64,000 nucleotides of DNA from Dehalococcoidia bacterium. Lineage in GTDB: Bacteria > Chloroflexota > Dehalococcoidia > Lucifugimonadales > UBA3495. A program made the translations under genes and the position numbers. The notes beneath the pieces were generated by a model that worked only from the letters and a program-made list of their open reading frames with translations, did no database searches and was not told the origin of the DNA. This document shows positions 46,016 through 54,347 of the stretch, one piece after another (position 1 is the stretch's first letter; every line of letters begins with the position of its first letter). The stretch lies in assembly GCA_965207585.1 (NCBI GenBank), contig CBDBMT010000002.1:81740-145739 (forward strand), in the 5' to 3' direction.

Positions 46016-46387
46016 ATGAAAAGCGCTCTCGGACCGTCACGGAGTCCCGATCAGGTCTGCACGGATGTCGCCGTTGGCCTCTTGGGGTTGGTGGGTGTTG
46101 GCGCAACCCTGGTCAGCGTTGGCGCCATTACTGCTGCGACGTACCTGGCGATTGTGATGTACGACCCGTCCCTGGGAGGGAGGGATTTTGCTGACTTTGG
46201 CATCGCCGGCCTGGTTGGACTTGTAACCGGCGCTGGCATTACGGTTACGGTGCTTGCCACCGTTTTGCACCATAATCGTAACCTGGGCGATTACAAGAAG
46301 ATTATCGGCACGTCGGCAGTGATGATTGGGTTGGCAACTGTCGCCACACCGGTATTTGTTGCTATCTTGAAAATCTCAGGATCTTGA
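46016..46387 (+). CDS. Small multi-TM membrane protein (hypothetical)
   Basis: 123 aa with 3-4 Gly/Ala/Val-rich hydrophobic segments. No SD. Confidence 0.35.
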   Translation: MKSALGPSRSPDQVCTDVAVGLLGLVGVGATLVSVGAITAATYLAIVMYDPSLGGRDFADFGIAGLVGLVTGAGITVTVLATVLHHNRNLGDYKKIIGTSAVMIGLATVATPVFVAILKISGS

Positions 46388-46461
46388 TTGCCGGACTGTT
46401 CTGTCATGGCGAAGGCTTTGCAGCATTGCAATTCGTCCGGAGTGTGGAGTGTGGTGAAGTC

Positions 46462-47259
46462 ATGACCGCAGCCACCTGCGACCCACGCGCGCTGAGCGTA
46501 GCGCAAGCCGTGCACGAGCGGGAGCAGCCGCTGGCTACCATCCTGTTCGGCTCCCGGGCCCGGGGCGACTACGAAGAACGTCGCTCCGATATTGACATCA
46601 TGTTGGTGCAGGCCGAAGAGCCTGAAGGAGAGTACAAAGGCTCGGTTGAGGAGTGGGCCCAAGGCGTCGTACAGGCCGCCTACGGGCGTCGGGTGCCAGT
46701 TCAATTGGTCTGGTTATCGCAGCAGAGATTCAGCGAGGGCAAGCGGTACATCAACCACATCGCTGCCCAGGCTCTGCTCGACGGTGTAATCATGACGCAA
46801 AATCCGGAGGACTACCACAATCGCAATGCGGACGATGAGGAAGCGGAGTACGAGTACGACTGGACACCCTACGATGAACGGATGCGCCACGCCGAAGCGC
46901 ACCTGGAAGCATTTGTCTTGTGCGTGGAAAATGGGATGAACGATTTAATAATCGGCCAACAGGCGCAGAACACGCTGGGACACGGAATGAAAGCCCTGCT
47001 GGAAGCTCACCGCGTCAGATACCAGCGCACCCACAACATAGGCAACTTGCTGGGCCATGTCAGGCATATTGACCCTGAACTCCGCGAATTCGCTATCAGT
47101 ATAGCCCCGGACGTCTATACCAAGTACGCCGGCGAGCAGGCGTATGAATTGTCCGAGCCTTTCCTCACTGACCAGCCCGACTATCGGGAGCGAACCGTTG
47201 CCGACGCTCAGCGCATCATCCACCGTGCCCGGGAAGTGCGGCAAAGCCGTACTGATTAG
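46462..47259 (+). CDS. Fused nucleotidyltransferase (MNT-like) + HEPN-domain protein
   Basis: Trimmed to the ATG at 46462. N-terminal ILFGSRARGDYEERRSDIDIMLV (GSxxRG...DxD). C-terminal ...LEAHRVRYQRTHNIGNLLGHV (Rx4H / THxL HEPN motif). Confidence 0.7.
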   Translation: MTAATCDPRALSVAQAVHEREQPLATILFGSRARGDYEERRSDIDIMLVQAEEPEGEYKGSVEEWAQGVVQAAYGRRVPVQLVWLSQQRFSEGKRYINHIAAQALLDGVIMTQNPEDYHNRNADDEEAEYEYDWTPYDERMRHAEAHLEAFVLCVENGMNDLIIGQQAQNTLGHGMKALLEAHRVRYQRTHNIGNLLGHVRHIDPELREFAISIAPDVYTKYAGEQAYELSEPFLTDQPDYRERTVADAQRIIHRAREVRQSRTD

Positions 47260-47295
47260 CCCGGTAGTGTACGCTGGCACGCACCCCACCGCGTT

Positions 47296-47325
47296 CTGGA
47301 TTCCGGCTTTCGCCGGAATGACGGG
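47296..47325. repeat. REP-like hairpin of the IPAFAGMT type
   Basis: attccggc-tttc-gccggaat (47300-47319), between the NTase-HEPN stop and the RBS of the next gene. Confidence 0.5.
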
Positions 47326-47352
47326 ACTAATTTGAAAATGGAGGCTCAACCC

Positions 47353-48873
47353 ATGGCCACCCGTTCCTTTGCCGGCACCGTCAACGCGCCGGACTTCCCT
47401 ACCAACGTTGAGTGGATCAACACCGACCGGCCGCTGAGCATGGCGGACCTGCGGGGCAAGCTCGTCGTGCTGGATTTCTGGACCTACTGTTGAGTAAACT
47501 GCATGCACGTGTTTCCGCAGTTGCGGAAAATGGAAGAGAAGTACGCCGACGAGCTGGTGGTCATCGGGGTCCACTCCGCCAAGTTCCCCAATGAAAAGTA
47601 CGCCGACAACGTGCTGCTGGCGGCCCAGCGATACGAGCTGAAGCACCCCATCGTCAACGACGCCGAGTTCGAGGTCTGGCGGCAGTACGCCTGCCGCGCC
47701 TGGCCGACGCTGATGTTCGTCGACCCCGAGGGCAAGGTCATCGGCAAGCATGAGGGCGAACTGCCCCTTGAGGCTTTCGACGACTTGCTGGGCCGCATGA
47801 TCGCCGAGTTCGACGAGAAGGGCATGATCGACCGCCGTGACCTGGGCCTCGTACCCGAGGCTGTTGAAGAGTCAGCGTTAGCGTTCCCCGGCAAGGTGCT
47901 GGCCGACGCACCCGGCAATAGACTCTTCATCGCCGACACCAACCACAACCGTATCGTCATTACCGATCTGGACGGGCAAGTACTGGCGGTTATCGGTTCA
48001 GGCGCCGAGGATTTTGCCGACGGCAACTACGCCGCCGCGGCGTTCAACCATCCCCAGGGCATGGAACTCCTGGGCGATATTCTGTACGTCGCAGATACAG
48101 AGAACCACGCCATTCGACGGGTCGATCTGGCCAACGGCACGGTGGACACCATCGCCGGCACGGGGGAGCAAGGACACGACCGGCGCGCCCAGGGTACCGG
48201 ACGCCAGGTTGCCCTCAGCAGCCCGTGGGATCTGGCGCATCACGACGGCACGCTGTACATCGCCATGGCCGGAATCCATCAGCTGTGGCGCATGTCCCTG
48301 GCTGACGGGATGGTGTGTCCCCACGCCGGCACGGGCGGAGAGAATATCGACAACGGCCCGTTGGCTCAGGCGACGCTGGCCCAGCCCAGCGGTATCGTCG
48401 TGGGCAAAGACCGGGGCGACAACCCGATCCTGTATTTCGCAGACTCGGAAACCAGCAGCGTGCGGAGCGCCGGCATCGATCCGGTGACCGGTCGCGTAGC
48501 GACGCTGGTAGGCATCGACCTGTTCGCTTTTGGCGACCGGGATGGCGTGGAGCATCATGTCCGGCTCCAGCACCCCATCGGCATCGAATGGCATAAGGGT
48601 GAGCTGTTCATCGCCGACACCTACAATCACAAGATCAAGAAGGTCCTGCCGCTGACCCGCTCCGTGCAGACGGTTCTGGGTTCGGGAGCGATGGGTCTGC
48701 ACGACGGCGCCAGCAGGTTGGCCACCTTCAGCGAGCCCAGCGGACTGAGTTTCGCCAGGTTCGACGACGGCCGGGAACCGCTGCTGTTCATTGCCGACAC
48801 CAACAACCACGCTATCCGTGTAGCAGACCTGCAGGCTGATGAGGTCAGAACTCTCGAAATTCGCGGGTTGTAA
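47353..48873 (+). CDS. Thioredoxin-fold (redoxin) + NHL-repeat protein with an in-frame TGA at 47491-47493 read as selenocysteine (U-V-N-C redox motif); 506 aa
   Basis: GGAGG at 47340-47344 and ATG at 47353. Translation ...[12 protein letters not shown][TGA][12 protein letters not shown]... is continuous and in frame with track ORF 47503..48873. The downstream NHL repeats read [25 protein letters not shown] and NNHAIRVAD. Confidence 0.7.
47512..47529 (+). promoter_or_regulatory. Candidate bacterial SECIS hairpin
   Basis: tttccgc-agtt-gcggaaa, a 7-bp perfect stem. 18-nt spacer after the TGA. Apical loop AGUU has G at its second position. Confidence 0.5.
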
Positions 48874-49007
48874 TACCAACCCTGCTCTCGGCAGGAGCCT
48901 GAACCGGACGATATCGAAGCGCTGCTCATTCAGTCCATTAGCGGTCGCTGGCTCGGCCAGCCGGGGGTACTTTGAAACCCTCAGCACGCATCGGGTCCGG
49001 GGCGCCT

Positions 49008-49016
49008 TGCTATAAT
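49008..49016 (+). promoter_or_regulatory. Candidate extended -10 promoter (TGcTATAAT)
   Basis: tgctataat lies 74 nt upstream of the ATG at 49090. A 9-bp hairpin cagcgaccc-agc-gggtcgctg (49044-49064) lies between it and the RBS GGAGA. Confidence 0.35.
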
Positions 49017-49089
49017 TGACGTCCAAATTCGTTATGTCCGGCCCAGCGACCCAGCGGGTCGCTGCCGCCCAATCCATCCAGGAGAACCC

Positions 49090-49551
49090 ATGACCACACC
49101 CACGAGTTCGGCTTCTGCCGGCAGCGTCGCAAATCCCGACTACGCAGTCCAAACCGACGACAACATCACGTTGTTGGCCAGCAAGATAATCCGCGACGTG
49201 CTGGTAACCCGGGGAGAGCCAATTCGTCGAGCCCAGCTGTGGCAGGCCGTGGAACTGGCCATGGGGGAACGCTCCCCGGACGTCGACGGAGTGTTGAAGC
49301 GGGACTGGTTCACCAACCAGGACACCGGACCGGGCCGATGGAAGCTGACCGACGCCGCGAATGCGGCCGACTCTCCCTTCATGGACGCTTCGGGAGCGGT
49401 GAATCTCGTTGCGGTTGTCGAATATATGCGCGTATGCCGACAGGGTGAGGCGCCCTACATCGGCGACCTGGGCGACTTCATCAAGATCTGTAAGCCCAAC
49501 GCGGAACTGGACGCCGGGTGGCTGGTTGGTGACAATCAGGCGCGAGGGTAG
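49090..49551 (+). CDS. Hypothetical protein (first gene of a three-gene unit with two PaREP1-like genes)
   Basis: 153 aa with a GGAGA RBS. No recognised motif. Confidence 0.5.
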   Translation: MTTPTSSASAGSVANPDYAVQTDDNITLLASKIIRDVLVTRGEPIRRAQLWQAVELAMGERSPDVDGVLKRDWFTNQDTGPGRWKLTDAANAADSPFMDASGAVNLVAVVEYMRVCRQGEAPYIGDLGDFIKICKPNAELDAGWLVGDNQARG

Positions 49552-49555
49552 GCGC

Positions 49556-49942
49556 ATGACCACTAGCGCGGACACCATCGCTTATCACCGGGAGCGAAGC
49601 CGGCACTTCCTGGCCCTGGTTGACGACGAGCTGGCCCGGGGCGAATTGGAGGAGGCCAGCAACAAGGTCTGGGGCGCTGCCGCCCACGCCATCAAGGCCG
49701 TCGCCGAACGCCGCGGCTGGGAGCACCATGCCCATTCGCTGCTACAGGAAGCCATACAGCGTTTAATCCGTGACGAGGGCGCACCGTCGCATTTATGGGG
49801 CCAATACATGATGGCGTCGGCCTATCACCAGGGATTTTATGCGTGGCCTCCACCGGCCGATGGCATCCGCTACGGGAAACAAATAATCAGCGAGTTCGTC
49901 GCGACGCTGGAAAGCCTGGCTGAGCAAGAGGGTGGACCATGA
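49556..49942 (+). CDS. PaREP1-like (HEPN-superfamily-like) helical protein, copy 1
   Basis: Trimmed to the ATG at 49556. ...EEASNKVWGAAAHAIKAVAERRGWEHHAHSLL... is the PaREP1 signature (W-G-A-A..A.KA.A). Contains RRGWEH (Rx4H). Confidence 0.65.
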   Translation: MTTSADTIAYHRERSRHFLALVDDELARGELEEASNKVWGAAAHAIKAVAERRGWEHHAHSLLQEAIQRLIRDEGAPSHLWGQYMMASAYHQGFYAWPPPADGIRYGKQIISEFVATLESLAEQEGGP

Positions 49943-50307
49943 CCACCAGCGTGGACACCATCGCCTACCACCGGGAGCGAAGCCGGCACTTCCTGGCCCT
50001 GGTTGACGACGAGCTGGTCCGGGGCGAATTAGAGGAGGCCAGCAACAAGGTCTGGGGCGCTGCCGCCCATGCCATCAAGGCGGTAGCGGAACGTCGTGGC
50101 TGGCAGCACCATGCGCATTCTCTGCTGGAAGAGGCAGTATACCGGTTGGTTCACGAGGAAAATGCCCCCGGTGACTTGCTGATCCAGTATATGACTGCCT
50201 CGGCGTATCACCAACGATTCTACGGTAGCCCGCCTCAAGAGCCGTATATCCGCGCCGGCAAAGAACTCATCGCCCAATTCATCGACACGCTGGAAAGCCT
50301 GGACTGA
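49939..50307 (+). CDS. PaREP1-like helical protein, copy 2 (tandem paralogue)
   Basis: ATGA overlap with copy 1. The first 63 or so residues are almost identical to copy 1 (DNA about 90 percent by eye), and the C-terminal half diverges. Confidence 0.65.
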   Translation: MTTSVDTIAYHRERSRHFLALVDDELVRGELEEASNKVWGAAAHAIKAVAERRGWQHHAHSLLEEAVYRLVHEENAPGDLLIQYMTASAYHQRFYGSPPQEPYIRAGKELIAQFIDTLESLD

Positions 50308-50514
50308 TTGGCGAGATCTATCGCCCGCCGGACCGCGCCGTTCGCCTGCGTCACCGCCGGTGTTTCCGGGGGCTGAACCCGTCTTTAACGCCCACGCCGC
50401 GCTCCGGCGGTCTGTTATACTGCCCGTCGCCGTGTTTGGGCCAGGTGCACTCTTAACGCATCGTCGGTCCCATTTGCGCGTCCACAGATCACTGGAAGGG
50501 AGACCGATCTCAAA

Positions 50515-52374
50515 ATGGCTGAACCAACCACCCGCATCGTTGAAAGCGACGTCCTGATCATCGGCGGCGGCATGTCCGGCTGCGGAGCGGCAATCGAGGC
50601 CCGCTACTGGGGCGGCGACGACCTGCGCATCGTGATGGTGGACAAGGCCGCCACCGACCGCAGCGGCGCGGTGGGAGAGGGGCTATCCGCCATCAACATG
50701 TACATGGGCATGCGGCACGGTTGGAACCAGCCGGAAGATTACGTGGAGTATGTCCGCAACGACATGATGGGCATCTCCCGCGAGGACCTCGTGTACGACG
50801 TGGCGCGCCACGTGGACAGCAGCGTCCACATGTTCGAGGAGTGGGGCCTCCCCTTCTGGTACGACGACGAAGGGCTGTACGTCCGTGAGGGTCGCTGGCA
50901 GGTGATGATCCACGGCGAGGCGTACAAGCCCATCGTGTCGGAGGCGACCAAGAAAGCCATTGGACCGGATAACCATTATGAGCGGGTGTTCATCTCCCAC
51001 CTGTTCACCGATGCTGAGGACTCGAACCGGATCGCCGGAGCCGTGGGCTTCGGGGTCCGCGAGGATGTGATCTATATCTTCAAAGCCCGGTCGGTGATCA
51101 GCGCGGCGGGAGGGGCCACCGCGTTGTTCCGTCCCCGCAGCGTTGGCGAGGGAATGGGCCGCACGTGGTATTCCATCTTCGACACGGGATCGGTGTACGG
51201 ATTGGTGATCCCGGTGGGCGCGGAAATGACCCAGATGGAGCACCGCTTCGTCCCCAGCCGCTTCAAGGACTCCTACGGTCCGGTGGGCGCGTGGTCGCAG
51301 CTGTTCCGGGCCGACCTGACCAACGCGGCCGGGGAGAATTATTTCATCAACCGGCTGCCTGAGCTCACGAAGTACGACCCCTACGGCTCCGCATTCCCCA
51401 CGCCAACGCCGCTGCGGAACCACCTGCTCTGGACGGAGATCCAGGCGGGCAACGGTCCAATCCAACTCAAAACCCCCGAGGCCATCGACGCGCTGGCTGC
51501 CGGTGACGAGGAACGCAAGCGGGAAATCATCGCGGAAGCGTGGGAAGATTTCCTGGACATGACCATCTCCCAGGCCATCCTCTGGGCGGCGCACAATATC
51601 GCTCCCGAGGAACGTCCGTCCGAGGTCGTGCTGGCCGAGCCCTATATCATGGGCAGCCACAGCGGCGAATCGGGCGCGTGGGTGAGCGGGCCGGAGGATG
51701 TGGCGCCTGATGGCTACCACTGGGGATACAGCAAGATGACCACCGTGCAGGGCCTGTTCGCCGCCGGCGACGGCGTCGGCGCGTGTCCGCACAAGTTCTC
51801 ATCCGGTTCGTTCACCGAGGGACGGCTGGCAGGCAAGTCAGCCGTTATCTATGCCCTGGACAACCCGACCCAGCCCAAGACCGACGACCGCAAGATCGAG
51901 GAGCTCAAGCGGCAGGTCTGGGCTCCCCTGGTCACCTTCGAGGAGAACCAATACGCATCTTCAAATCCTGAAGTGAACCCCAACTATCTGCTGCCGCGCC
52001 AGGGCCTGTTCCGCCTCCAAAAGCTGATGGACGAGTACGTGGCCGGCGTTTCGGCCGGCTTCACCACCAACGAGGCCACTATGCTGCGCGGCTTGGAACT
52101 CCTGGGCATGTTCCGGGAAGACCTGGAGAAACTGGGAGCTCGCAACCGCCACGAGTTGCTGCGCTGCCACGAGCTCATTCATCGCGCCTGGGTCGGCGAG
52201 GCCCACCTGCGCCACATGCTGCACCGCAAGGAAACCCGATGGCCTGGCTTCTACTACCGCAGCGACTACCCCGAAATGGACGAGAGCAACTGGAAGGTGT
52301 TCGTCAACTCGCGCTACGACGCCGAAAAGGGCGAGTGGAGCGTATTTACTCGCGACTGCCCGCAGGTGTTTTAG
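50515..52374 (+). CDS. aprA: Adenylylsulfate (APS) reductase alpha-subunit-like FAD flavoprotein
   Basis: 619 aa. DVLIIGGGMSGCGAA, DRSGAVGEGLSAINMY, EDYVEYVRNDMMGISREDLV, RWQVMIHGEAYKPIV, EPYIMGSHSGESGAWV, PHKFSSGSFTEGR, KETRWPGFYYRSDYPE. Collinear along the full length with AprA as I remember it. Confidence 0.75.
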   Translation: MAEPTTRIVESDVLIIGGGMSGCGAAIEARYWGGDDLRIVMVDKAATDRSGAVGEGLSAINMYMGMRHGWNQPEDYVEYVRNDMMGISREDLVYDVARHVDSSVHMFEEWGLPFWYDDEGLYVREGRWQVMIHGEAYKPIVSEATKKAIGPDNHYERVFISHLFTDAEDSNRIAGAVGFGVREDVIYIFKARSVISAAGGATALFRPRSVGEGMGRTWYSIFDTGSVYGLVIPVGAEMTQMEHRFVPSRFKDSYGPVGAWSQLFRADLTNAAGENYFINRLPELTKYDPYGSAFPTPTPLRNHLLWTEIQAGNGPIQLKTPEAIDALAAGDEERKREIIAEAWEDFLDMTISQAILWAAHNIAPEERPSEVVLAEPYIMGSHSGESGAWVSGPEDVAPDGYHWGYSKMTTVQGLFAAGDGVGACPHKFSSGSFTEGRLAGKSAVIYALDNPTQPKTDDRKIEELKRQVWAPLVTFEENQYASSNPEVNPNYLLPRQGLFRLQKLMDEYVAGVSAGFTTNEATMLRGLELLGMFREDLEKLGARNRHELLRCHELIHRAWVGEAHLRHMLHRKETRWPGFYYRSDYPEMDESNWKVFVNSRYDAEKGEWSVFTRDCPQVF

Positions 52375-52376
52375 GT

Positions 52377-52979
52377 ATGACTGCTGAAGCGCCAATGCCC
52401 GACCCGGTAGATCAGCTGGAACAGGTCACCCGTCGCACGAAAGAAGTAGCCAGTGGTGTAACCCAGGCTCAGGCCACTGGCGCGACGCCATGCTCCGAGT
52501 GGAGCGTGCTGGATTTGTTCAACCACCTTATCGGCGGGCTGGAGTTCACGGCCGGCTGCATCACCGGCAACGTGCCCGACATTCGCCCCAACGAGGCCGA
52601 GAGCAGTTATCAGGGCGAAACGGACGTTGCCGTTCTGATCCGGGCCTACCACGCCGCGGTTGATCGCGCGCTGGAACTTGCGGGCAACCCCGGCGCCTTG
52701 GAGCGGACGGCAATGACTCCCTTTGGCGAGATGGCGGTGGCGCGCATTATGATGGGCACGGTGCTGGATCAACTCGTTCACTGTTGGGATCTGGCCCAGG
52801 CGACCGGGCAGGACACCAGTTTGGACAGCGGTATGGTGGAGTTCGCCTACGGGATGCTGGTGTCCGGCGGCTTTGCCGATATGGGACGGCAGGCCGGCTT
52901 CGTTGGCCCGGAGATCAGCGTGCCCGATGACTCCAGCCTGCAAGATAAGATGATTGGCTACATGGGTCGGCAACCCTAG
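52377..52979 (+). CDS. DinB-fold / TIGR03086-type (mycothiol maleylpyruvate isomerase N-terminal domain-like) protein
   Basis: Trimmed to the ATG at 52377. ...PCSEWSVLDLFNHLIGGLEF..., ...DQLVHCWDLAQATG... Confidence 0.7.
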   Translation: MTAEAPMPDPVDQLEQVTRRTKEVASGVTQAQATGATPCSEWSVLDLFNHLIGGLEFTAGCITGNVPDIRPNEAESSYQGETDVAVLIRAYHAAVDRALELAGNPGALERTAMTPFGEMAVARIMMGTVLDQLVHCWDLAQATGQDTSLDSGMVEFAYGMLVSGGFADMGRQAGFVGPEISVPDDSSLQDKMIGYMGRQP

Positions 52980-52991
52980 CCGGACACCGCC

Positions 52992-53321
52992 ATGGCCTAC
53001 GACGAAACGCTGGCCGCCCGGGTCAAGGAAGTCCTTTCGGAACATTCCGACATCGCAGAGCGCAAGATGTTCGGAGGCTTGGCGTTCATGCTGGCCGGGA
53101 ACATGTGCTGCTGCGTGACCGACAAGGGTTTGATGGTACGAGTGGGGCCAGAGGGTTACGAGGAAGCGTTGACCCTGCCCCACGCCGGCGTCATGGACAT
53201 CACGGGCCGGCCGATGCGCGGCTGGGTGCTGGTGCAGCCGGCAGGGCTGGAGTCAGCTGCCGGCTTGAACCGGTGGGTGGGACGGGGCGCAGATTTCGCC
53301 GCCACGCTGCCGGCAAAGTGA
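52992..53321 (+). CDS. TfoX N-terminal-domain protein
   Basis: ...ERKMFGGLAFMLAGNMCCCV...LMVRV...MRGWVLV... is the TfoX_N pattern. Confidence 0.75.
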   Translation: MAYDETLAARVKEVLSEHSDIAERKMFGGLAFMLAGNMCCCVTDKGLMVRVGPEGYEEALTLPHAGVMDITGRPMRGWVLVQPAGLESAAGLNRWVGRGADFAATLPAK

Positions 53322-53361
53322 CCACGACTAATCTGGATCCTGAGGGGACGGGAGCGTAAAC

Positions 53362-54206
53362 ATGCAAGCCATCGACATGCACATCCACGTACCCCGCGAA
53401 CCGGGGCTGCCCGAGATCGAGATTGAGGCGGAACTGCTGCGCTACTTCCGCGCGCCGCCACCGCCAAAGGATCCGGCGGAAATGGCCGACAAGTTCCGCG
53501 AGCTTGACCTGTTCGGCGTCATCTTTTCGGTGGACACCACTACCAACACCGGCGAAAAGCCGGACAGCAACGACTGGGTGGCCAGCATCGTCAACTCCCA
53601 TCCTGAGCAGTTCATGGGGTTCGCCTCGGTGGACCCGTGGTTGGGCAAGGCCGCGTGCTACGAGCTGGAGCGGTCGGTGAAGGAGCTCGGTCTGAAGGGA
53701 CTCAAGCTGCACCCGATACACCAAGCCTTCTTTCCCAATGACACCAAGTTCTATCCGCTCTACGAGTCGCCGACGGTCTGGGCATCCCGGTGCTGTTCCA
53801 TTCCGGGTTCGCCGGAGCCGGCTCGGGGACCCCGGGCGGCAGCGGCCTCAAGCTGAAGTACAGTCAACCCATACCGTGCTTTGACGACGTGGCCGCCGAC
53901 TTTCCGAATTTGACCATCATCATGGCGCACCCCGCCTGGCCGTGGATCGACGAGCAAATCGCCGTAGCTTTGCACAAATCCAACGTTTTCCTGGACCTGT
54001 CGGGCTGGATGCCCCGGTTCATACCCGAGACGCTCATACGTGAAACCAACACCCGCCTGCAGGACAAGGTGATGTTCGGTTCCGACTACCCGTTCATCCA
54101 GCCGGACAACTGGTTGGCGGACTTCCAAAACCTGCAGATGCGGGACCACGTGATCCCCAAGGTGCTGCTGGAAAACGCCCAGCGGGCGCTGAACATCGCT
54201 GCATGA
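53362..54206 (+). pseudogene. Amidohydrolase-2 (ACMSD-like metal-dependent hydrolase), interrupted by one frameshift near 53762-53770
   Basis: Part 1 (53362..) reads MQAIDMHIHVP...KLHPIHQAFFPNDTKFYPLYE. Continuing in the frame displaced by one base gives ..VADGLGIPVLFHSGF...IIMAHPAWPW...MFGSDYPF. Together they form one collinear Amidohydro_2 protein. Confidence 0.7.
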
Positions 54207-54347
54207 TCGCGTTGTTGCGAGGCTCGGGTACGTGGCGGAGCGGACTAGATCGGAGCGAGGGATGTCGGGCTGGGCGAACGAGGAAGGCAATCCCAGCGGC
54301 GACGCTGTACGTATGCGGTATGGAAGATTAAGCCCGGAGGTGCCACT

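Noticed and set aside
47998-49578. 526-aa minus-strand ORF opposite the NHL domain and the 49090 gene (also 46945..47751 and 47484..48026 minus)
   Set aside because: Antisense shadows. They span an intergenic region with a promoter-like element, and their composition is not protein-like.
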